Assembly (NCBI GenBank): GCA_002269645.1
Contig: NIVC01002024.1
Location: 62,001-126,000 of the forward strand
Direction: 5' to 3'
Length of the DNA stretch: 64,000 bases
Source of the DNA: Macrostomum lignano
Taxonomy: Eukaryota
The notes under the pieces are model-generated. The model was not told where the DNA came from, did not search any database, and saw nothing but the letters and a program-made list of their open reading frames with translations. The position numbers were made by a program, and so were the translations under genes. Shown here in pieces: positions 1 through 13,000 of this stretch (position 1 is the stretch's first letter; every line of letters begins with the position of its first letter).

Positions 1-3000
1 GCTTCTGTCACCGTGACGGGCTTCAATGTGACCTGTCTTGATGTAGAGTGGCCAGCCTCCAATACGTCAGGTGTGACATACAACCTGACCTGTGGCTCCG
101 ATTCTCCGATTGATGCCGGCCGAGAGCTGAAAGGCAGTTGCTGCGGTCTGCAGTCAGGAGAGAACCACACGGCAACTGTTGTTGTGGTTAAGGCTGGCTT
201 TAACAACAGCTCTCCCGCCAGTATAGTGGGACAGACTCGTGAGTTTTTACACCCGATGTTTCTGAGTTTCTTGCCTCAGCGCCGGGGCATTGTTTGATTC
301 GAATTGTGCACTGAAACCCAGCAAAGGCTTTGCAGTTAGTCTGTAGAAATCGAATTTGAAAATCAAGGAAAGTTTCAAGCAGTGCAATTAGGGCACAAGA
401 GTGCATTCTATTCACTCACCTTTACTCATAAGTAGTTTTTGTGACGTGGCTTCTTCGATGTTTTTGTGAGGCTTCCGACGTGCATGTAACTTACTGTCAT
501 TTTACAGAGCACTTATGAGGGGTTAATTATTGACCGGAAAGTCCTAACTTACTACTTTCAGTAGCGTAGTGATCTTTTAAGTTTTTTTTGCAACAGCTAT
601 CCAACAATAGCGCACGATTTATTGTGCTCTAACTGACCTTATTTGTAACACGAATTGCAACCCGGTTTTAGTGGTGTCACCTGTGGCTTCTGTCACCGTG
701 ACGAACTCCAATGTGACCTGTCTTGATGTAGAGTGGCCAGCCTCCAATGCATCGGATGTGACATACGAGCTTGACTGTGGGTCAGGTGCAATTAAAGTGG
801 ACCCAGGAACCTCAGGCTCCTGCTGCGGTCTGCAGTCAGGAGAGAACCACACGGCAACTGTTGTTGTGGTTAAGGCTGGCTTTAACAACAGCTCTCCCGC
901 CAGTACAGTGGGACAGACTCGTGAGTTCAGCAGCTCTGTGTGCTCAGATGAGCTGCTCTGAGTCAGATGGCTTTGTTGCTGTGATGCTTTGCGGCTTTTA
1001 GGGATGTTGATTGACAGGGCTGAAGTTTGATTTTTCTGAATTAAATTCCTCTGCAAATCGGAGTGCTTGATGCTTAATTGCTCAGCTGACGCAGGCCTTT
1101 AATTCGACTGTGATGCTTTGCGGCTTTTAGGGATGTTGATTGACGGGGTTGAGCTTTAACTGACGGCTTTGATTTTTATAAATTACTCGTAAATTCCTCT
1201 GCAAAGCAGAATGTAAGTTTACGACAGTTTTTGCCAGGTAGCGAGTTCACCCATGCTTAATAGCTGATCTGACGCAGGCTTGTAATTCAATTTTCAAAGT
1301 GTTGAAAAAATTGCTGTGGATGTGGTGCAACTTTAAGGCCAATACAAAAGCCTTTTTACTGCAGTGATGTCACCAATGTAGAGATATTTTATGTTTCAGT
1401 TGCGTGGCCTTTAACACAAATTTTCAAATTTTACTGCTTTCCATCGCTCTGATTTTGCAGCAGAAATGATTGCAGCAGCTGATGCAGCTTGAGCGATAGC
1501 TCCGCCTTTGCCTTTTTTCTGAGTTTAAAATTTTTGTAGAGTTGTTTTGGTACAGTTTGCATCCGATAGTTATTAACTTACTATACCGGAACTGAAGACA
1601 CTGCAGTCAGTGAATAAGTATGAGCTGTATTAACTATCGCTGTATTTAAAAATGCACATTTGTACACCTTGTTTGATTTGCTTCCAGTGGTCGCTCCCGT
1701 GGCTTCTGTCACCGTGACGGGCTTCAATGTGACCTGTCTTGATGCAGAGTGGCCAGCCTCCAATACGTCAGGTGTGACATACAACCTGACCTGTGGCTCC
1801 GATTCTCCGATTGATGCCGGCCGAGAGCTGAAAGGCAGTTGCTGCGGTCTGCAGTCAGGAGAGAACCACACGGCAACTGTTGTTGTGGTTAAGGCTGGCT
1901 TTAACAACAGCTCTCCCGCCAGTATAGTGGGACAGACTCGTGAGTTTTCACACCCGATGTTTCTGAGTTTCTTGCCTCAGCGCCGGGGCATTGTTTGATT
2001 CGAATTGTGCACTGAAACCCAGCAAAGGCTTTGCAGTTAGTCTGTAGAAATCGAATTTGAAAATCAAGGAAAGTTTCAAGCAGTGCAATTAGGGCACAAG
2101 AGTGCATTCTATTCACTCACCTTTACTCATAAGTAGTTTTTGTGACGTGGCTTCTTCGATGTTTTTGTGAGGCTTCCGACGTGCATGTAACTATTGTCAT
2201 TTTACAGAGCACTTATGAGGGGTTAATTATTGACCGGAAAGTCCTAACTTACTACTTTCAGTAGCGTAGTGATCTTTTAAGTTTTTTTTGCAACAGCTAT
2301 CCAACAATAGCGCACGATTTATTGTGCTCTAACTGACCTTATTTGTAACACGAATTGCAACCCGGTTTTAGTGGTGTCACCTGTGGCTTCTGTCACCGTG
2401 ACGAACTCCAATGTGACCTGTCTTGATGTAGAGTGGCCAGCCTCCAATACATCGGATGTGACATACGAGCTTGACTGTGGGTCAGGTGCAATTAAAGTGG
2501 ACCCAGGAACCTCAGGCTCCTGCTGCGGTCTGCAGTCAGGAGAGAACCACACAGCAACTGTTGTTGTGGTTAAGGCTGGCTTTAACAACAGCTCTCCCGC
2601 CAGTACAGTGGGACAGACTCGTGAGTTCAGCAGCTCTGTGTGCTCAGATGAGCTGCTCTGAGTCAGATGGCTTTGTTGCTGTGATGCTTTGCGGCTTTTA
2701 GGGATGTTGATTGACAGGGCTGAAGTTTGATTTTTCTGAATTAAATTCCTCTGCAAATCGGAGTGCTTGATGCTTAATTGCTCAGCTGACGCAGGCCTTT
2801 AATTCGACTGTGATGCTTTGCGGCTTTTAGGGATGTTGATTGACGGGGTTGAGCTTTAACTGACGGCTTTGATTTTTATAAATTACTCGTAAATTCCTCC
2901 GCAAAGCAGAATGTAAGTTTACGACAGTTTTTGCCAGGTAGCGAGTTCACCCATGCTTAATAGCTGATCTGACGCAGGCTTGTAATTCAATTTTCAAAGT

Positions 3001-6000
3001 GTTGAAAAAATTGCTGTGGATGTGGTGCAACTTTAAGGCCAATACAAAAGCCTTTTTACTGCAGTGATGTCACCAATGTAGAGATATTTTATGTTTCAGT
3101 TGCGTGGCCTTTAACACAAATTTTCAAATTTTACTGCTTTCCATCGCTCTGATTTTGCAGCAGAAATGATTGCAGCAGCTGATGCAGCTTGAGCGATAGC
3201 TCCGCCTTTGCCTTTTTTCTGAGTTTAAAATTTTTGTAGAGTTGTTTTGGTACAGTTTGCATCCGATAGTTATTAACTTACTATACCGGAACTGAAGACA
3301 CTGCAGTCAGTGAATAAGTATGAGCTGTATTAACTATCGCTGTATTTAAAAATGCACATTTGTACACCTTGTTTGATTTGCTTCCAGTGGTCGCTCCCGT
3401 GGCTTCTGTCACCGTGACGGGCTTCAATGTGACCTGTCTTGATGTAGAGTGGCCAGCCTCCAATACGTCAGGTGTGACATACAACCTGACCTGTGGCTCC
3501 GATTCTCCGATTGATGCCGGCCGAGAGCTGAAAGGCAGTTGCTGCGGTCTGCAGTCAGGAGAGAACCACACGGCAACTGTTGTTGTGGTTAAGGCTGGCT
3601 TTAACAACAGCTCTCCCGCCAGTATAGTGGGACAGACTCGTGAGTTTTCACACCCGATGTTTCTGAGTTTCTTGCCTCAGCGCCGGGGCATTGTTTGATT
3701 CGAATTGTGCACTGAAACCCAGCAAAGGCTTTGCAGTTAGTCTGTAGAAATCGAATTTGAAAATCAAGGAAAGTTTCAAGCAGTGCAATTAGGGCACAAG
3801 AGTGCATTCTATTCACTCACCTTTACTCATAAGTAGTTTTTGTGACGTGGCTTCTTCGATGTTTTTGTGAGGCTTCCGACGTGCATGTAACTATTGTCAT
3901 TTTACAGAGCACTTATGAGGGGTTAATTATTGACCGGAAAGTCCTAACTTACTACTTTCAGTAGCGTAGTGATCTTTTAAGTTTTTTTTGCAACAGCTAT
4001 CCAACAATAGCGCACGATTTATTGTGCTCTAACTGACCTTATTTGTAACACGAATTGCAACCCGGTTTTAGTGGTGTCACCTGTGGCTTCTGTCACCGTG
4101 ACGAACTCCAATGTGACCTGTCTTGATGTAGAGTGGCCAGCCTCCAATACATCGGATGTGACATACGAGCTTGACTGTGGGTCAGGTGCAATTAAAGTGG
4201 ACCCAGGAACCTCAGGCTCCTGCTGCGGTCTGCAGTCAGGAGAGAACCACACAGCAACTGTTGTTGTGGTTAAGGCTGGCTTTAACAACAGCTCTCCCGC
4301 CAGTACAGTGGGACAGACTCGTGAGTTCAGCAGCTCTGTGTGCTCAGATGAGCTGCTCTGAGTCAGATGGCTTTGTTGCTGTGATGCTTTGCGGCTTTTA
4401 GGGATGTTGATTGACAGGGCTGAAGTTTGATTTTTCTGAATTAAATTCCTCTGCAAATCGGAGTGCTTGATGCTTAATTGCTCAGCTGACGCAGGCCTTT
4501 AATTCGACTGTGATGCTTTGCGGCTTTTAGGGATGTTGATTGACGGGGTTGAGCTTTAACTGACGGCTTTGATTTTTATAAATTACTCGTAAATTCCTCC
4601 GCAAAGCAGAATGTAAGTTTACGACAGTTTTTGCCAGGTAGCGAGTTCACCCATGCTTAATAGCTGATCTGACGCAGGCTTGTAATTCAATTTTCAAAGT
4701 GTTGAAAAAATTGCTGTGGATGTGGTGCAACTTTAAGGCCAATACAAAAGCCTTTTTACTGCAGTGATGTCACCAATGTAGAGATATTTTATGTTTCAGT
4801 TGCGTGGCCTTTAACACAAATTTTCAAATTTTACTGCTTTCCATCGCTCTGATTTTGCAGCAGAAATGATTGCAGCAGCTGATGCAGCTTGAGCGATAGC
4901 TCCGCCTTTGCCTTTTTTCTGAGTTTAAAATTTTTGTAGAGTTGTTTTGGTACAGTTTGCATCCGATAGTTATTAACTTACTATACCGGAACTGAAGACA
5001 CTGCAGTCAGTGAATAAGTATGAGCTGTATTAACTATCGCTGTATTTAAAAATGCACATTTGTACACCTTGTTTGATTTGCTTCCAGTGGTCGCTCCCGT
5101 GGCTTCTGTCACCGTGACGGGCTTCAATGTGACCTGTCTTGATGTAGAGTGGCCAGCCTCCAATACGTCAGGTGTGACATACAACCTGACCTGTGGCTCC
5201 GATTCTCCGATTGATGCCGGCCGAGAGCTGAAAGGCAGTTGCTGCGGTCTGCAGTCAGGAGAGAACCACACGGCAACTGTTGTTGTGGTTAAGGCTGGCT
5301 TTAACAACAGCTCTCCCGCCAGTATAGTGGGACAGACTCGTGAGTTTTCACACCCGATGTTTCTGAGTTTCTTGCCTCAGCGCCGGGGCATTGTTTGATT
5401 CGAATTGTGCACTGAAACCCAGCAAAGGCTTTGCAGTTAGTCTGTAGAAATCGAATTTGAAAATCAAGGAAAGTTTCAAGCAGTGCAATTAGGGCACAAG
5501 AGTGCATTCTATTCACTCACCTTTACTCATAAGTAGTTTTTGTGACGTGGCTTCTTCGATGTTTTTGTGAGGCTTCCGACGTGCATGTAACTATTGTCAT
5601 TTTACAGAGCACTTATGAGGGGTTAATTATTGACCGGAAAGTCCTAACTTACTACTTTCAGTAGCGTAGTGATCTTTTAAGTTTTTTTTGCAACAGCTAT
5701 CCAACAATAGCGCACGATTTATTGTGCTCTAACTGACCTTATTTGTAACACGAATTGCAACCCGGTTTTAGTGGTGTCACCTGTGGCTTCTGTCACCGTG
5801 ACGAACTCCAATGTGACCTGTCTTGATGTAGAGTGGCCAGCCTCCAATACATCGGATGTGACATACGAGCTTGACTGTGGGTCAGGTGCAATTAAAGTGG
5901 ACCCAGGAACCTCAGGCTCCTGCTGCGGTCTGCAGTCAGGAGAGAACCACACAGCAACTGTTGTTGTGGTTAAGGCTGGCTTTAACAACAGCTCTCCCGC

Positions 6001-7039
6001 CAGTACAGTGGGACAGACTCGTGAGTTCAGCAGCTCTGTGTGCTCAGATGAGCTGCTCTGAGTCAGATGGCTTTGTTGCTGTGATGCTTTGCGGCTTTTA
6101 GGGATGTTGATTGACAGGGCTGAAGTTTGATTTTTCTGAATTAAATTCCTCTGCAAATCGGAGTGCTTGATGCTTAATTGCTCAGCTGACGCAGGCCTTT
6201 AATTCGACTGTGATGCTTTGCGGCTTTTAGGGATGTTGATTGACGGGGTTGAGCTTTAACTGACGGCTTTGATTTTTATAAATTACTCGTAAATTCCTCC
6301 GCAAAGCAGAATGTAAGTTTACGACAGTTTTTGCCAGGTAGCGAGTTCACCCATGCTTAATAGCTGATCTGACGCAGGCTTGTAATTCAATTTTCAAAGT
6401 GTTGAAAAAATTGCTGTGGATGTGGTGCAACTTTAAGGCCAATACAAAAGCCTTTTTACTGCAGTGATGTCACCAATGTAGAGATATTTTATGTTTCAGT
6501 TGCGTGGCCTTTAACACAAATTTTCAAATTTTACTGCTTTCCATCGCTCTGATTTTGCAGCAGAAATGATTGCAGCAGCTGATGCAGCTTGAGCGATAGC
6601 TCCGCCTTTGCCTTTTTTCTGAGTTTAAAATTTTTGTAGAGTTGTTTTGGTACAGTTTGCATCCGATAGTTATTAACTTACTATACCGGAACTGAAGACA
6701 CTGCAGTCAGTGAATAAGTATGAGCTGTATTAACTATCGCTGTATTTAAAAATGCACATTTGTACACCTTGTTTGATTTGCTTCCAGTGGTCGCTCCCGT
6801 GGCTTCTGTCACCGTGACGGGCTTCAATGTGACCTGTCTTGATGTAGAGTGGCCAGCCTCCAATACGTCAGGTGTGACATACAACCTGACCTGTGGCTCC
6901 GATTCTCCGATTGATGCCGGCCGAGAGCTGAAAGGCAGTTGCTGCGGTCTGCAGTCAGGAGAGAACCACACAGCAACTGTTGTTGTGGTTAAGGCTGGCT
7001 TTAACAACAGCTCTCCCGCCAGTATAGTGGGACAGACTC
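1..7039 (+). repeat. Tandem array of a 1700-bp unit (just over 4 units visible), each carrying two FN3-like cassette exons (A 252 nt, B 249 nt) plus their introns
   Basis: ORFs recur every 1700 bp (first A-to-A interval 1701); copies differ at only a few positions; every exon has AG/GT and phase 1 on both sides. Confidence 0.97.
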
Positions 7040-10000
7040 GTGAGTGCAGTAGCTCAATCTTTTTTCCCCATTTCTTGCTTATTTGAAATAAAATGCATCC
7101 GTTAATTTATTCGCAATCTGCTTATTTTAGTCCTGTCTCCCGTGGCCAACGCGTCCATCGCTTGGAGTTCAACTTACGAGAGCGTGCACGTGAGCTGGAA
7201 TGCCTCCAGCAGTCGCGACGTGCAGTACTCAGTTACCATCGGCTCAAATACCGCAAAACAGCTGAACGAGACCAGCACGAACCAAACTAGCTTAAGCCCC
7301 GGCTCAGTGCAGAGTATTAAAATCATTGTTAAGAAGGCCGGCTTCGCGGATTCATTGCCGGCGATGTCGAAGGCTCTGACTAGTAAGATGCGGGTTTAAA
7401 TAAAAGTTTGAGCGAACAGGTCACGCTATAAAGCATTTAATCAGAGAAGCTGTGTGTGGATTTACGATTCAAATATTTTAATACGGAGTTAACACAACAT
7501 TTCAGAGCCCCGTCTCAACGCCAGCAGCGCCACATTTAGCACCGACTTTACGCTGGACGCCGTAACGCTGGCCAACTCTGCTCTAAGCGCAGTTTGGAAT
7601 AACACCGTCGCAATTGGTGCAGACTTTCTGAGCATCGATTTGAAATCTTTAAAGCTTAATATGAATATGAGAGAGACATTTGATAAGTTGAAAGCAGAGT
7701 TTAAAGGCGAATACGCCTATTCGGATAATGTAACCATTGAAGTGGTGGCTGTTGCCGAAAAAGACGGTTTGGTACAAAACAGCTCCGGAACTTATACGGT
7801 TGTACAGCGTACAGGTGAGTGGCTGATGCTTGCAGGTGCAATTTATAATCGGGGCTTGCAATCTGTTTAGGGTTGCCATACTCGTATTGGGTGCTTTTAG
7901 GCTGTGTGAGTAAGTATTTTCTTCAGTAGTTTTGGCTCTTTTGTAGTTCATAGTCTTGTGAAACCTGAGGATTGTGAACTTTAGAATTCTCATATGGTTG
8001 CTGTTTGTAGAGTTTAGGGTTGGTGGAATTCGGGGTTTGTGGAGTTGGGGTTTGTGGAATCGGGGGTTTGTGAACTTGGTGTTTGGGGAGGTTCGGGGTT
8101 TGTGGATTTTGTGTTTGTGGAGTCAGGGGTTTGTGAAGTTAGGGTTTGTGGAATTGTGGCTTTGTGGAGTTGGGGCTTTGTGGAGTTGGGGGTTTGTGGA
8201 ATTGAGGGTTTGTGATTTTGGAGTTTGGGAAGTTAAGGGTTTGTGGAGTTGGGGTTTGGGGAGTTAGGGTTGTGGAGTTGGGGTTTGGGGAGTTAGGGTT
8301 GTGGAGTTGGGGTTTGGGGAGTTGAAGGTTTGTGGCGTTGGGGTTTGTGGAGTTAAGGGTTGTGGAGTTGGGGTTTGTGGAATTTGTGTTTTTGAATTTG
8401 GGGTTTGTAGAGATGGGGGTTTGTGGAGTTGGGGTTTGGGGAGTTGAAGGTTTGTGGCGTTGGGGTTTGTGGAGTTAAGGGTTGTGGAGTTGGGGTTTGT
8501 GGAGTTGGGGGTTTGTGGAGTTGGGGGTTTGTGGAGTTAAGGGTTGTGGAGTTGGGGTTTGTGGAATTTGTGTTTTTGAATTTGGGGTTTGTAGAGATGG
8601 GGGTTTGTGAAGTTGGGGTTTGTGGAATTTGTGTTTGTGAAGTTGGAGTTTGTGGAGTTGGGGGTTTGTGGAGTTGGAAGTTTGTGGAGTTGTGGCTTGC
8701 GAAACCTGCCCTTTCACAAGACTGGCATTTTATCTTCATAATTTGATTGTCAATCAATTTCAGATCCTAGCGCGCCTAATGCGACTTGGACATCTGTGAA
8801 TAGTAGAAGCCTCAAAGTCAAACTGGAGGCCACCTCGCATTCTGAGCTGCTCATTGCACAACTTAGCAATATTGCTGGCAACGTCTTATTCAATAAATCT
8901 TGCCCTCGATGGATGCAGTCCTGCGAACTCGAGTTCCAGCCGCTGTCGCCCCACACGAACTACTCGCTTAATGTCAACGCTGCCTATTACGAGCGAACGT
9001 CGCCAGCGGTAGAGCCGAGACAGCAGGAGACTCTACAGGATTCACCAGCGGCTCCGCAAGATGCTCGGGTCACCAACCTCAGCGCCGACTCGCTAAAGCT
9101 GTCTTGGTCGCCTCCGTCCGAGCCCAACGGTGTCATCATTGCCTACACCGTGCGCTGCTTCGCTAACGGCATCGGCTCCGGAAACGACTCCGTGCCGAAG
9201 AACGTCACACTTAACGCCGGCACTAACACTACCTTTAACGCCACCATTAACGACTTGTCTCCCGGAGTCCAGTTCGACTGCAGCGTCACCGCGTGGACCT
9301 CGGCGGGCGAGAGTCCGTCCAGCCCTAAAACTAATCTGACTTTGCTCGACGATCTGGCACCGAGCAAGTCACTGGACGAGGTGCCTCGGTTTGCCAGCCG
9401 CCGTGGGCAAGGCGTGGTTTCGCTGTGGAAGAGTTTCCAGTTTAGCCGAGGCCTGATATTTGAGTACGTCCTGCGGCTGGATAAGATCAACGTTAGCAGC
9501 GGTAACAGCCCCATTAGCTGCTCTTTTGCGGCTAGAATAGTGTGCACCGACTGTTCGCGAAGTCAACTCCCCGCGTTGAGTGAACTGGACGGCTGCTCAA
9601 ATGTGACAAATTCGAGCTTCAGCTTCAGCCAGACTAACGGCCAGGACCTGCAGGTGGACACTGGCGACATTCTGGAGCCGTACACGCCTTACCGAATCAC
9701 CGTGTGGCCGGTGAATCGAGCCGGTCCAGGTCCGAACAGCACCAGCTCCGTTGCCCGAACACTTGAGCAGCCGAGCGATCCAGTTAGCTCGCCAGTTCTG
9801 ACGCCTGACAAGCGCCAGATTGACCTGAAATTCGGCCTGCCAGCCGTGACTCGAGGCCGCATCATGGCCTACACTGTTAGCTTAAGTGCCAGCAATGGAA
9901 GCTGTATTGGGGGCTACGTGATGGACTTGAATTTGACCTGCGAGCTGTCACCGCCGGATAAGTGCAACGTTAGCGACACAGTCAACCAGCTGCTCTCTGG

Positions 10001-13000
10001 CTGTTCGCCGATCTCCAACATCAGCTCGTCGGCACCCATCAAGCTGCTTGGCCTGTGGCCCTGGGCCAACTACAGCGTGTCCGTGACGCCAGTCAGCCAG
10101 ACTCTGGCCGGACAGACTTGGAGTCGCACCGATCGAACTCTGCCGGACACGCCTGATCCACCTGAAGGTCTCAATGTGAAGGAAATAGGAGACACATTCG
10201 CTGTGCTGGGCTGGACTCCGCCTACTATGCTGAATGGCGTGTTCCAGCAGTACTGGTTCAGGATTGAAACAGGCTCTGTTAAAAGTCTTTGGACTTTGCT
10301 GCCTGACTATTCTTTAGAGGTAAGTAGAACAGCAGCATTAAACACCCGTGAGGGCGGAGCCAATTGGGCCAGATGTGCAACCGACAGCGCATCTGAAGGC
10401 TGCGTTCGGCTGTTCAGTCCAAGGACTGGAGGGGGGGGGGTCGCCACACACAGCCTCAATTACCACAGCTAATGTACATTATCCAGTCCACTGAAATGTA
10501 CATCGCTGCTTTAGGCTGGAATTCCGGAAAGGCAATAAAATTGGGGCAGGGGGGATAGTTGGATGGTTTAAAGCTAATAAATCAGTAAGAACCAAAAAAT
10601 GAGCCTTGGCTAATACATGAAAATGCTTGTTTAACTTACTACTGATCTGTAAGTAGTTTATACGCGAATGTGCTGAGTGGCCCATCTAGTTATTCTAGTA
10701 TCTGTGCCTAATTCTGGTACCCAGTTTACAGCTGGGTGAACTGAAGCAATTCAGAGTTAAGTGTCTTGCTCAAGGACACAAAATGTTTCGGGTGGGACTG
10801 GGAATCGAACCCCCGGCCTTCAAGTCGTGAGTCCGACGCTCTAACCACTAGGCTACAACTCTCAGAGTGTGCGAGCAAGGTCAGGTCAGCTGTTCAAGTT
10901 TAAGATGAGAACCTCGCATTCATTCAACATCTCTCTTCAGACCTACCGGGCGACCCCCCTCACTCAGTGCGGTAACTACAACTTTAAGCTACTCACGGAG
11001 AACAATTACGGCAACAGCAGCGAGGCTTCCGTCCCCAGCAAAACAAAAATTGGCGATCTAAGCGCCAGTGTGGTTGTTCGCAACGTTACCGCCATAGAAA
11101 CAACTCATGATACTGTTAAGCTGACCTGGAAAGCAGTTACTCACGGCTTATGCGATGTCAGTTACAACGTAGTTCGGAACTCCTCCACTCCTAAAACGGA
11201 AACTGGTGCAACCCACCTGGCACCTGATCTGCTACCCTACACTTGGTACCATTTTACTATCGAAGCTAAAGTGGAATTCAATGGAGCAACGGAAACTGCC
11301 GCAGTGACGCCATCTGCTGGTATTGTGATTCGAACCGACCCGTACAAAGCCACCAAGCCGAGAGGCTTTGCCTGTTCACCTGTGCCTAATCAGCTCAATA
11401 AGGTGCGATGCACCTGGCAGCAGCCTGATCGCTTCAACGGCGTACCGATCCGCTACGAACTACAGCTGCTCAACACTCCGCCAGGTGTTAAAGTATTCGA
11501 GACTTTGCCTTATAATGCTTCTACGCTAGGCCTCACCATAACCAGCTTGGCCTATATTAAGCCTGAAGATCAGCTCAGATTCGGAGTGCTGCTGGTTAAC
11601 ACGCCTGGTGGAGAAATAAAAGGCTTTGAGGAACAGATTAGCACTCCGGTGGAAATTACACCTGGCAAGGCCTACAGTGTGCCAGGTGTTAATATTCAAG
11701 TGAGTGCGGGGAATGGGACTGACGTGTGGGTCAGAATCACCCCATCGCACTCCGACATCACCCACCTCACTTCAAAATCACCCACCTCACTCTGGCATAA
11801 CCCACCTCACTCCAGAATCACCCACCTCACTCTGGCATAACCCACCTCATTCCAGCATCACCCACCTCACTCTGGCATCACCCCACCTCACCCCAGCATC
11901 ACTCCACCTCACTCCAGCATCACCCACCTCACTCCAGAATCACCCACCTCACTCCAGAATCACCCATCTCACTCCAGAATCACCCACCTCACTCCAGAAT
12001 CACCCACCTCACTCCAGAATCACCCACCTCACTCCAGAATCACCTAACTCACTCCAGAATCACCCACCTCACTCCAGAATCACCCACCTCACTCCAGAAT
12101 CACCCACCTCACTCCAGAATCACCCACCTCACTCCAGAATCACCCACCTCACTCCAGAATCACCCACCTCACTCCAGAATCACCCACCTCACTCCGGCAT
12201 CACCCACCTCACTCCGGCATCACCCCACCTCACCCACCTACCCAGGACGGCGCCAACGTAGAACAAATCGGTCACGAAAAGATCAAAATCAACTTGGAAG
12301 GCTTCTCCAAAGCATTCAACGACAGCTACGGCAAAATTCGGTACTGCCGATTGCTAGTTGGCCAAGACAAGCTCAGCGACGCCGAGTGGACTCTGGACGG
12401 AGATCGCAATTACGCTGGCAGCGACCGGGGCTACAAACGGCCGTACGCGTTCAACGTCAGCTGCGGCTCGGCACCCGTCAACACGGAGCCGTTCCGCGCT
12501 TCATCAGCGTCGAGGCTTGCCGCGCCATCATCTGTCGTCGACGAAACGACGGTGATCATCGGCAGCGGCTCGGAGGATTGCGTCGGCGAGTGCAACGGTC
12601 CGCTGACGTACGAGCAGCCCTACAGAGTGTACTTGGTAGCTTGCACTAGTGCGGGCTGCAGCCTCTCCAATGCCAACATCAAATTCACCACCGGGTTCAA
12701 CCACTTGCTTCGCCAGCTCATCGGTGGCATTGTTGGCGGGGTGCTGGGCGCGCTGCTGGTGGTTGCCATCGTGGTTCTACTCATTAAACGAATGGACAAG
12801 TGCAAGGGCGGGTGAGTCATTGAGCTCTGATCGTAGGGGGTTGAAATTACAGTTGTTGGATGGATTCAGGCGTGAGCAGGAGTGAGCTGGGTGTCTGTGA
12901 AGTGAGCTGGGTGTCTGTGGAGTGAGCTGGGTGTCTGTGAAGTGAGCTGGGTGTCTGTGGAGTGAGCTGGGTGTCTGTGAAGTGAGCTGGGTGTCTGTGA

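Noticed and set aside
200-7007. Minus-strand and alternative-frame ORFs repeated in the 1.7-kb array
   Set aside because: Antisense or off-frame to the FN3 exons; no independent coding signal.
10790-10859. tRNA gene
   Set aside because: Acceptor stem does not pair and it runs into a CORE-like domain, so it is a SINE head.
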